A stretch of 52,957 bases of DNA, the filler included, from Streblomastix strix (lineage: Eukaryota), in the NCBI GenBank assembly GCA_008636045.1. It is 3 parts of 3 records of this genome, joined end to end, with 100 filler letters (N's around TTAATTAATTAA, not from the genome) between each part and the next. Parts side by side here need not be neighbours in the genome. Positions count along the whole stretch, not along the records: positions 17,701 to 35,279 come from SNRW01000692.1; positions 35,380 to 52,957 come from SNRW01000693.1; 1 more part is not named here. The stretch is one strand, 5' to 3'. Made by a program: the position numbers and the translations under genes. The notes below the pieces were generated by a model. It made no database searches and had not been told where the DNA came from. It saw nothing but the letters and a program-made list of their open reading frames with translations. Below are positions 33,590-45,600 of this stretch, in pieces. Every line of letters starts with the position of its first letter. The stretch's first letter is position 1.

Positions 33590-34087
33590 AATTTTAATTT
33601 TCTTAGAAGAAATATATTGATATTAAAATAGAAAAAGCTGATGAATTAGTTATTGGAAAAAGAACAGTTGCAGATTGGTATTATTATTATATTTCAGTTT
33701 AATCGCAATTTGAACCAACAAAATAGAAGATTAAATAAAAAAATAAATAATTGGTTTAGACATCCAGCCAGTAATCCGTTTAAGGTGGTGATAATGAAAA
33801 CATGCCTTATTTTCCTTTCAAAACAAAATTAAAATTGTTTGAAAAAAAATAAACATAAATATGCTAATAATCAATATTTGCCAGTGAAAGATTATAAATT
33901 AAAACCATTATAAAAACTACAACGATCATATTTCTCTCCAAAATTGGGCAGTTGGGAAATAGAAATAGTCTTTTCTGTAGATTAAAACTTGCTGGAAAAG
34001 GATAAACGAATAGATAAAGATGTTCAATAATCGGGTCAATAATCGGGTCAATAATCCAATTCATCATCCAGTTATTCATCGGATCAA

Positions 34088-35279
34088 TCAGCATATCAAA
34101 TGGATGTTCCTTATTTTTCCTTCAAAACATTACCCTGTCTCCAAAGGAGACGAGGATAATAATTGGTTACCCCCTTCTCTCCTTATCTCACCTCTTTATT
34201 GAGATACTTAGTTTAACCTTTCGTTATCTTTGCCTTGAACATTTGTCAATTACCTAGCTATTTCGTTTGCTCTTATTGAGGTTGCAAAGATGTAGTATTA
34301 TTGAACAGTACGTGAGTTTTGGGAATGATGTGCAAAGGTAGCGAGATCTCTTTCAGGGATACCTAGCTTTGCAAGTTCTGTTGTTGCTGAGTGTCGAATT
34401 GAGTATGCAGATGCTCCTACAATCTTCAGTTCTCTTAGTAGTTTAGTAAGTTGTAGGCTGATATCTTTTGTAGTTGTCGGTTTATTAAAACCTTTATGCC
34501 TCAATAAAAAGTCTGTACATTTTGGAAATTGTTTCTTAAGTCTATCGATCCATTTATATATTGCTAGCTTTGGGCTCAAGCTTTCATTATCAGTTTCGTA
34601 TACTTCATATGTTTCAATAGCATTAGCTTGTTTTGGTGCTAGTCTTAATGATGCTTGATTCTCTTTTTTATCAACATTCGAGAACTTCAATCTTATTTCG
34701 GCTATTTCATTTGGTCTAAAGAAGCATACTGACATCAATAGGGAAGCTATTTTAACCTGAAAGTCATAGTTATTTAGGTATTTGTTTTGTTTTGATTGTC
34801 TCCAATGATTGAATAGTATTTGGATATTCCAAATGTTTTAATATCTTCTATGCGGTATTGTTGCATTTGCTAGTGCTTTGTTAATTAGTTTTGAAGTTAT
34901 TGAGGATGCTAAACTCTCTTTATATATTAGAGATAACATTGTAGTTGGGCAAGCTTTATGGGATTTAACTGATGCGACTGAGTCGTTTTATCTTGTATGG
35001 AAAGCAATTACTTCTGTTAGTATTACTTCAGCGTCTCTTTTCATCATCTCTTCAATTGTTATTCTTTCTATATCTAACCAATCCTGTAATAATGCTAGGG
35101 AGTAAAAATCTCTCTTAACTGTACTAAATCTTTGTCCTTTGAATAGCAGGTTGACTCCATCTTCGGAGAATCCTCTCATCTGCATACATCTCATTAGCAA
35201 ATCTCTCCCGACGTCTGCGACAGGTCCAGAAGGAAGGCGCCCACATTACCTGGTGGAAACTTTTGATCCTTGTCTTTCA
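34088..35279 (-). mobile_element. 3' part of a DIRS-like retrotransposon: tyrosine recombinase ORF (~35220-34088) overlapping the tail of the upstream pol ORF
   Basis: Catalytic motifs CFFRPNEI, AYSIRHSATT, FAHHS and TVQQYY (the Tyr is reached only if TAA=Gln). An upstream frame ends KFPPGNVGAFLLDL. Higher GC, no introns, cut by the contig end. Confidence 0.85.
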
Positions 35280-35379
35280 NNNNNNNNNNNNNNNNNNNNN
35301 NNNNNNNNNNNNNNNNNNNNNNNTTAATTAATTAANNNNNNNNNNNNNNNNNNNNNNNNNNNNNNNNNNNNNNNNNNNN
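35280..35379. other. Artificial contig linker
   Basis: Same structure as 17601-17700. Confidence 0.95.
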
Positions 35380-35640
35380 AAAACGCCAGGAAACAAACAA
35401 AATGAGCTCAAACAGATTTTTACTGAAGTTCGAACACGTTCTACGAGCGATGCAAGGAATGGATCACGATATTTGGAGCTGTATGAGTTGGGGACTAATA
35501 ATATTAAGAAAAAAAGAGAATTGATTAATTAGAATGCAAATACAGCACCGAATTCTATTGGTGGGAAAGATAGATTGGAAAATTCGTTGGAATTTACTTT
35601 CAAACCAGAAAATTCTTTGATTGAGAGATGGAATAGAATA
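35380..35640 (+). CDS. Fragment of a hypothetical protein at the contig start
   Basis: Open frame KTPGNKQNELKQIFTEVRTRSTSDARNGSRYLELYELG... with coding-like composition. Confidence 0.35.
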
Positions 35641-36133
35641 TTTATTATACATATATTTTTATAATTGTTATTATTTGTTAAATATTAAATGTAGATAATA
35701 AATAATTTGCAAAAAGATTAAAAATTTATTTAATACAGATTTAGTTTCATCAACATAATTAAAGGTTTTATTACTTTAGATTATATATATTTAGTAAATA
35801 AAATATAAGATGTATTTTTATATTAAGACAGTTTGTTAATTCATGCTACGCCAGATTTGGGTAATTGTTTCAAAAATCTGATTTCTGCACCAATAATGGA
35901 ATTAATTTCATTTAATATTATAAATATTAATTTTAAATTAATTATTATTATTTATATTATTGCAAATACCTGTTTTTATTTTATATACATCTGTTTAAGA
36001 GCATTATTATACTTTTTATAATTAATTACTAATTTTCCATTAAGTGTAGTATTAATATATTATTTTGTATTATTATTTTAATTTTCACAATATTTATTAA
36101 TAATTATAAACATAATTGAATCATTTTATTAAT

Positions 36134-37363
36134 ATGACTGCGATTTTGCTTTTGCATACAACAAAAGCAAACTACTTTTATTTAAGCTTTTATAGTATTA
36201 AATATTGTTATTTATTAAACTTTTTTATTTCAGAAAGATAAGAAAGATGCTGTAAAAATTTGAAGTTGAAAATGAATAAACTGTAAGATAAATTGCTCAA
36301 GCTTAGTGTGATATGAAAATAAAATAGATTTTATTTTCGAAATATTCAATATAATATATTTAATTTTTTAATATAATTAATAAAATTATTCAGGGATATA
36401 GATATATACGAGTTAGCATAGCAAATAATTTATTTTGCTTCTGAACCTTCTGTTCAACATATGGAAGTTTCACCAGTATATTAAATGGTTAGACAGTTGC
36501 ATAAGGATAAGGCAAATTGCTTCAAAATTATTGATATTCCAAATTTTATTTAATCATTGGCTAATATAACAAATAATTTTGAATGGGAGTAGAATTACAT
36601 ATTTGAAAAAGAAATAAGAATATACAGTAAATATTGTATTTATTTAATAAATGCTATTGGAGATAATAGAGTTAAAGATGCAATCACAAAAGCACTCTAT
36701 TCAACTACTTCATTAATGAATGAAATAAGTGCTGCATCTGCAACATTTATTGAAGATATTCGTGGCAAAATGATAATGAATTCTATTTGTGGCTTCTTTA
36801 TTGATCGTTAGAGAGAAAAGAACACTATTACGCAAATGCGCCCATTTTTAGTTAATCCGAAATGGGCTGAAGAAATCTTCGAAGCAGAAGGTGGAAATGA
36901 AGAAATCGAAGCACATCTAACAAACAGGAAAGTATATTATGGAGAAATAATGTAAAATACCAAATTTATCAAATCTTTAATTTGCAATCGTTTTGAGTAT
37001 AATTCATTTTCATACCTTGATAATGGGTATTACAATATTAATTTATTTAATTTTAACAGATCTATTATTTTATATTTTAAATTATTAAATATTATCTTTT
37101 TTATTATATATAAAAAAAATATTAGTTTAACAATCTTTGCAAAAACAAATGATGGACGATCTAGCAAGATTAATAATATTGAACCTACTGATACGATTGA
37201 ATGTTTGATGTATTAGATTGAGAATATAATGAACATTCCATTTGATAAATAAAGACTTATCTATACAGGTAAGTAGTTAGAAATTTGGCGAACACTTTAA
37301 GAATGCCATATTTGCGACCAATCAACAGTCCATGTTATAATACGAAAAAGGTTCTGTTGTTGA
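36134..37363 (+). CDS. Helical-repeat-like protein fused to a C-terminal ubiquitin-like domain ending RKRFCC (start uncertain; exons ~36234-36305, 36394-37026, 37126-37363)
   Basis: The last exon LTIFAKTNDGRSSKINNIEPTDTIECLMYQIENIMNIPFDKQRLIYTGKQLEIWRTLQECHICDQSTVHVIIRKRFCC* aligns by eye with ubiquitin. Upstream motif EEIFEAEGGNEEIEAHL. Confidence 0.8.
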
Positions 37364-37527
37364 ACCAATACGAATGAACACTAATATCTTCAATAAATAA
37401 TAATTCTCTATTAACATGAAATTGTAAAGATCTTTTTTAACTTTCATTTATAAGTTATATTTTATCCATTTTACAAGTATTGAAATAAAAACATTAACCA
37501 TAAATGCCATTAGAAGTTCATTGCCTA

Positions 37528-39066
37528 CAGTATCAACAAAAAGTTATTGCGAAAAAGAATTTCATTCATAAATTTGCATACATATATATATAATTTATAA
37601 ATATAGTAGAATAATGAATTATAAAATATAAATAATTACTGTTATTAATATAAATATGAAAATATTAAAATTTGCGATTGCTTAAGTATTTTAAGAATTT
37701 TTCTAAAAATTCCCCATATAAAAAGTTATTGTGTGAGCTGTTTGCAAATGGTTCCATCTCCTCACGCAAAACGGTTTGAGCTGCAAATTTAAATTTGTAT
37801 TAAATTATTTTTATATTTTCTTTTTTTAGAAGAAAGAAACTAAATTCTTTAAAGCGGATGTAGGTAGTAACGCTTTACGAAAACGGGATGAGAATCCCAG
37901 AAATCTCGAGAAAGAAGCATATCCCAGTTGAAACCGTCCGTTATACGGTTAAATATGCCAATCCAAACATAGATTATGAAGATGCACCAAGATCAGGCAG
38001 GAGGAGGAAAACGACGCCTAGAGAAGATAGAGTGATTCGCACCTTTGGAAGAAAAAACAGATACTTATCCGCCGAACGACAAGCAAATGCAGTGGCTGCT
38101 TCTCACAACATCAACGTCTCTCCATAAACAGTAAAGAATAGATTAAAAGAGATAGGGTTGATACCAAGAGTACTGAAGAAGAGACCAATGTTAAGTAGGA
38201 AATGAATTAAGATGAGAAAGGAATTTTTCGAAACATATTAAAGTTGGTCACAGATTAAATGGGGTCGTGTGCTATTCACTGATGAGAGTAAGATAATGCT
38301 ATTTTCATCTGATGGTATAAAATGGGCATATTAATTTCAATTCGAGCACGAACAATAGAAATTTGTTAAGCCTACTGTGAAGCATTCTGCGCATGTTATG
38401 ATTTGGGCATCTATGTCCAGGAAAGGAGCTGGTTCGGTACATTTTGTTGATGGAACGATGGAATCTGGTCAGTACATTCGAATTCTGGCTGATCATCTCA
38501 AATCTGATGGACAGCGATTGTGTGGTAATAACTGGATTTTTCAGAGCGACAATGATCCAAAACATACATCGAAAGCAACAAAACGTTGGATAAAGGAAAA
38601 TAAGATTAAAACCATCAAATGGCCTAGTAACAGCCCCGACCTCAATCCTATAGAGCATTTATTCCACTGTCTCAAAGATGCGTTGAGGTTGCGAAAGATA
38701 ACGACAATTCCTGATTTGAAGACAGCGATTCTGGAAGAGTGGCAGAAGGTAGGACAAGAGTATTGTGAAGCTCTAGTAGACAGCATGCCTAGAAGGATTG
38801 ATGAGTTGAAGAAGGCTAAGGGTGGCCACACGAGCTATTGAAAGAGTTTCCGTTCACATCACAATAATTTTCTGGCTTTTAAGCCAAATGAGAATGCAAT
38901 AAAACATTCGAATTATCATAACTACTAAGCCGTTTATGTTCAAATTTATTTTTGTATTTATACTTTATAATTTATATATACTAATGTATAAACTACTTTA
39001 ATATTGCCACTTGATCCTTTTAGAGTTATGATCATAATTTGTCACAATAACTTTTTGTTAATACTG
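37528..39066 (+). mobile_element. Full-length Tc1 (DD34E) DNA transposon, 1539 bp, TA target duplication
   Basis: TA|cagtatcaacaaaaagttattgcgaaaaa ... tttgtcacaataactttttgttaatactg|TA (~29-bp TIR, 3 mismatches). Inner copies of the TIR core at ~37721 and ~38860. Confidence 0.95.
37748..38841 (+). CDS. Tc1-family transposase with one intron (37774-37829) and one in-frame TGA (38203)
   Basis: HTH region RMQVVTLYENGMRIPEISRKKHIPVETVRYTVK, then RSGRRR, VLFTDESK, FQSDNDPKH and WPSNSPDLNPIE, with 34 residues between the second D and the E. Confidence 0.93.
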
Positions 39067-39219
39067 TATATTAAAACTTTGTTTGGTAACTTGTTCATCT
39101 ATATAGATATCAAATATAAATTATATTTATCTTTTTAATACAATTTCTTTGTTTTCTTTTATTTTCTTTTTCATTTTGATTTATTGTTCTTATATTTATA
39201 TAATTTTAATTATTTTCAG

Positions 39220-39450
39220 TTAATATAAACTGAAAGAAAACAATAAGAAGAGAATAATCAGTCACCCAGAAAAAATACTCAATCTTCAGTAAAACGGACA
39301 AAAGATGAGACATTATCACCAAAGAGAGAGAAAGATCAGTTAAATGATAAGGAGAATGAATAAGATAAATAAATAAAGAAATAATAAGAATAAAGAATTA
39401 ATTCAAATCTTGATGAATTCAAATAAGCTGATTAAGATGTTAAATTAATC
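39220..39450 (+). other. Orphan coding-like exon next to the Tc1 insertion
   Basis: Acceptor ttttcag at 39219, then TERKQQEENNQSPRKNTQSSVKRTKDETLSPKREKDQLND... No partner exons identified. Confidence 0.3.
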
Positions 39451-39653
39451 TTTTAATATTTTTTTATTTCTGATTTTAATTAGATTTAAATTATTAGATT
39501 CACATGTGTTTTTTAGTAATTTTACATTAATTAAATAAAATTTAGAATATATTATTTCAAATATCAATCAAGTTTTATTATTTCATATGAAATTAAGATT
39601 TGCTGGATATTAAAAACAAAATAATTTATTCAACAAGTTTCATATAATCATAA

Positions 39654-42600
39654 TCATTCTTAAAAGTTCTATTCATTCTTTTCTTTGTTCATTTTTGATC
39701 CTCTTCTTAAATATCTGTTTATTGTATCAATTATTTCACCAACTGTCTTTTATATCAAAGTTATGCTCTTATATTCACATATTTAAGTCTCAAGCAGAAT
39801 TATTAATGAATCCCACAGTGTGAAATTGATATAATTTGAATTAATTTGCATATTTTCATTTATTTATATTATTTATTCTTTCATTACTAGAGGAGAATGA
39901 AATATGAGATTGAATGAATGAATTATAAAATCATTAATTTATTATTATGAAGAATTAGACGAATCAACTGAATGTATTATTAATCGAATTACTGTTTTTA
40001 TCAATGAAATGAGTTTGGCCACACATAAAACACCAAATTGAACACAATTCTTAATTTCATTAATTAATAATTATTAATCTTNNNNNNNNNNNNNNNNNNN
40101 NNNNNNNNNNNNNNNNNNNNNNNNNNNNNNNNNNNNNNNNNNNNNNNNNNNNNNNNNNNNNNNNNNNNNNNNNNNNNNNNNTTAGACGAATCAACTGAAT
40201 GTATTATTAATCGAATTACTGTTTTTATCAATGAAATGAGTTTGGCCACACATAAAACACCAAATTGAACACAATTCTTAATTTCATTAATTAATAATTA
40301 TTAATCTTGATCTTTCTAATCATCTAATTATTCTTCATTAAGAATACTTGAAGGTAATATGGATATAATGAATATTAAAGTGGTTGTAATTGATTACACA
40401 ACAGAGTGCTTATTAAATAACCATTCAATTATTCTTACAGCTAAATCGATATCTTTATTTATTGATTAATTTATTTTTTTTAATTGTTCATCTAACTCAA
40501 ATATATTCTCTTCAATTTCATAATTTTCTTTTATTGGGTACGTTTATTCATTATAAAATTCTTCATCTTTCTATATTTCTTCACTCTAATCAATTTATTA
40601 ACTTTTATTCTGTTTCTAATTCAAAACAGTCAATTATTTTTCCATCAGACTTCTTTTATTCCCCAATTCACTCACTTTTTGAAGTCTTTGCAGTTAATCT
40701 TCCTCCAAAATAGAAACAAGCGAAACCAAAGCGCTGAATGAGTATGAAATTGGAAGCCAAATTGATTCTAGTTCTTTCCCGCTTTCTTGACCAGCTAATT
40801 GAATGGCGGCTTGTTGGCTCATTTGCAGTAATATTCCAGAGTATCTTTTTGCTCTTTGCTTTGCTTTTTCTTGTTGTTTTAGATTGACTCTGTTTTTAAC
40901 TTATTGAATTCTGTATTCGTTGTCTTTTGAAATGGTGTTTATAGTATTGAAATTCTATTATTCTTTATCTGTTTTATTATCTATGATCTAGTTATCATTT
41001 ATGCTTTCATCTATTTTTAAGTTTTCATTATTAATAGTTTATTATTATTAACTGTTTGTGGTCAAATTAAATGTCTAATCTTATAATGAAATTATTGTGG
41101 AATCTAATTAATTACTTTATTACTAAGAAGAGGAATTAATTTTAAATATTGGTGCAATTGACAATGTATTATCAATAAGCATTATTTGTTAAGCAGCGAT
41201 CTTCATTAAGTCTTTATTTTTATTTTATTTCTATTCAAATTTTTGTTCTTCCTTATTTTATTGTTCATTTTCATTATTAATCTTTTCATTCTTTATTATA
41301 TTATTATTATCACTTTACTAAGGCGTTATTATGTTCATTTTTATTTATCTTACCAGTTATTATGTATTTGATTAAATTTATATTAAATTTTGATTATTTT
41401 TAATAATATTATTTTATTAATTTACAAAATTTTTATTCATATTATTGAATTAAATAATAGAAGTTTGATATTATTCATTTCGTTGCTATTCTATTTATTT
41501 ACTAATATTATCTTTATTATTAGGTTCTATATAAATTTTATTAATATTATTCATATCTTAATATATCTTTATTAATTATTAGTATAATAAATTAATTTTA
41601 TTTTATTATTTGGATATTTATTAATTTAAATTATTCTAATCAGTTTAACTATTCATCCAAGTTTTCTTTCTTTCATTTATATATGAAAATAAATCAGATA
41701 ATGTGTTTCTATTTTATTTATTTTCCTTTTAATCTTCACTGTTTTCAATATTAACAACTTAATCAATTTCATTAATACATTTATTATCTTTAAATGCAAT
41801 AGCCATAATTAATAATCCTAATTATCCATTATTTATTCTATTAATATTTTGCATTATATGTTTAATCCATTTTTATTTTGGAAATTAAAAATTATTATTG
41901 TTGTTTATATTATTTAAATATTATTTGTTTAATTACTATTAATTATTAATATTAATAATATCCTTACTATTAATTGGAAGTTCATTATTACCTGAAGATT
42001 GCATAACATAATCTTAATTAAATATCACTTTAACAGTTAAGTCTTCTTCATCATCTTCTTCTTATTCATTTTAATCTTCTTCATCTTCATCAAATTAACT
42101 ATTCCCTCTATCTTCATAATTTCTTTATTTCTTAATCTTCTTTTTATTCTAAACATCCTCTTTACTTTTGTACTATTAATGAATCCATTCATTCTTCTGC
42201 ATAATATATCTGGTTAATGTGAATATCTTTCTTAGCATTGGAATTATTATTGTGAATAAAGAAGAAGTCGATTGAGATGGAATTGGGAGTGATAAATATG
42301 TGAAATATGTGAATAGAGGATTTAATTATGAAATTGGTTGTTTATTTTAATGAAGTGAAACTTGTTCTAAAGGATTTGTTTGTTGTTGTTGTTATTCACA
42401 TTAATCATTTTATTATTTTAATTCTAATTAATGTTATTCTTCTAATTGATATTTCTAATTCAGAGAAGATTTCATGACGTCAATATTAAAATATTCAACA
42501 CTAAATATATCTAATAAAATTGATAATGAGGGAATAAACCTTGAAATTATTGTTTTTCTAGTAGAATTTGGAATGATAATTGGCATCAATGAAAGAATAC

Positions 42601-45600
42601 GCTATATTAATATTGAATATGATAAAAATAATATTAATGTACTATATGTGCAGTTTTATAACGATGATTCTAAAGTTGATTGTTATTGAATCAATTAATA
42701 TTCAAGGTTGGCATGTTAATGAGAAGATTATGATTAATCTGATTAGTATTATGATAATTAATTTTGTTTGTTTTTATTTTTATTGAAATTATTAATAAAT
42801 GAATCGCATCTGCAATTAATCTAAATTGGTAATGAAATTATAGTTGAAATAAATTCAATTATCGAATCTGAAATATCAGGCTATTTAATTGCTGGAGAAA
42901 ATTATACTTCTAATAATAATTATGTGAACAATTATATACATTAAGATTCTACTATTAAAATATTATTACTTATACTTTATACTGTATTATAATATTTTGA
43001 TTATTTCTTTATTTATTTCATTTATTGAAGATAATTATTCTGATTATTATTAAATTCATTCAGATTATTAATATTATTATTTATTTAACATTATTATAAT
43101 ACATATTGACTTAAACAAGTTGATGGAGATGAATCAGTTTATTGAGAAAGTGATTATGCAGTATTCCAATATTATATTTAATTAATATGATCATATTTTT
43201 ATTTCATTTTTTAATTAATGATTTATCTTGCATTAATATATTATTATTAAATTTCTTAATAATTCTATAAATTAGATTAATTGTTACTATTTATCTCTTA
43301 TTTATTTATATTTCCCAAAACAATTTCATTTTCTTCCTAAATTTCATCAAGTTCTTCTCTTTTTCTAAGTATTTACATCAATAATTAATATTTCTGAATA
43401 AATGAAGTTGAAAGTAATTATAATGTTTGTATAATAATACAAATGACTGCTGCATTGTTTTTGGATTAGAACCTTGATGTGTGAATAAATGTTCTTAATG
43501 CTGATGATGCGACAATACAAAATCTGTATAATGGAGATTAAATTTGTGAATTGTTATTATTATATCTTAATTTATTATTATGTTTATTATTATTGTTTTT
43601 ATTGCTATTCAAACTTGATGGACTATTCCAATAAAGCATATTATCATCTAACAATTAATCATCATTTTATTCATTTTTTTATTCATTGTTCTTATATTCT
43701 TATTCTTTCTATTTATTACATTCTTATTCATTTATTTTATTCTATTGTTATGGTGTATTTAACCAATGCTTTCTATTTTATTTTTAAGTCTAAATATTCA
43801 ATTCAAATTCATTATCAACAGATAAAGGAGAATCTTGCGAATTAGATGATTATTATATCAATAAGTTATTCAAATGTTATATTTCATCTTCTTCTAATGA
43901 TACTTGGTGAGTTTATTTATCATTAATTTTAACATTTAGCTTTTCTTCTTCATCTTCGTCATCGTTTCTTTCATACAAAACTAAATTATTAGTTTCTTTA
44001 ATCATCTACAATTCTGTTTATTATATTAATATCTTTATAATATATATTGTGCATCTACCATAATTTCTTATTTCTTATAATTATTTCTAGTGAAGTTTGT
44101 TGTTATTGTTTAAATTATTTTACAATTATATTGATTATTATTATTATGATTATTATAAAGATTGTTGATCAAACCATTTCTTTCTTTAAGGAGTTGATTA
44201 TATTTATTGACTATTAAGCATTGTTTATTATGTTAATAGTTGTGATTATTATATATTTAATTATTAATGCTGTTATTACTTAATTTATGATTAAGGATCT
44301 ATGTATGACTGTTATTTCAAAATGAATGATTAACATCCTTTTTTAATTTGTAATTACTAAGAAGATTGCTACTATTAAAGTACATAATTACTATAATCAA
44401 TTTTATCGCTATTATTTTCATTTAATTGTTCATTATCATTCATAATTTCATTATTTCTCTCTCTCTTCTTGACATAAATTGGTGTTAAATGAATGATTCT
44501 TTGTTCATCAGCACAAATATCGCATGAAAATATACCTTTCAATCTTGAGTATGTATAAAGCAAAATATAGATCTCATTTTATAGGATTTTTGTTTCAAGC
44601 TTAATAATTTGTTGTTATAATTTAGAAGAATGTGAAGTTATTGTTTAAGATAATGTAGATTAAAGTGATGATCTAACATCAATTGTTTAAATAAATTACT
44701 GTTATTTTTGTTAGTATCCATCTTAATTACTATCATATTCATTTTCATTTTCACATTATTAATTCCAATATTCTTAATATTCTTATTTAAGCCATAAATT
44801 CCATTTTATTCTTTCTTGCAATATTTATTCATTCTCAACCCATTAGTAAAGTTAATCAACAAGTAATGCTTATTTTTTGTTATTTAATTTTTGTTATTTA
44901 TTTTATTCAATTAAACTTTCTTTATTATCATCTTCATTTGCACCAAATTATATTTCATTTTCTTTATCTTTTTGAATATCAATCTATTATTATTAGTTTT
45001 GTAATTATAAGTCTTCATCCAACTAGACAATTAATTCACCCCAATTCTATCCTTCATAATCTTCTTATTCTTATTATTAATTTAATTCAACTTTATTTGT
45101 TTATGAATGTTTGTTATTATTTTAATTTTTATTCCTTCTTCTTATTAATGAAGATGATAATGCAATTTTCATTATAATTTCTTCTTTATCAATCTATTTC
45201 ATTGTTTATTTCTATTATTGCAGTGTTTGTTTCAATTGCTATTTGTTTTAATTGTTCAATTATTATTATTATTAGCTTAATGGTGTCGATTAAGGCGAAT
45301 TCAAATTAGATTGAAATTTAGATTATTATTATTATATTGAATTAATTGGAGATGGAATGTTTTAATATGGAGAAACTAGTGAAGATTGTGAAATAGGAGA
45401 TAATGAAGGAATATTATTGTTGTTAATTGTATTGATATTATTATTAATTTATTTATTCATATTCAATTATATTCTATTTAACTGCTTTGATTTAATCCAA
45501 TTAACAAATGAATTCAGCAATTGTTCAATTTAATGCTGTTGTGATAAAATATTAATTGATATGTATTGTAAAAGTAATGAAGAATGAACTAAGAATAATC

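Noticed and set aside
39955..40308. 127-bp direct repeat as an LTR or TSD
   Set aside because: The identical copies flank a 100-N gap, which indicates an unmerged scaffold overlap.
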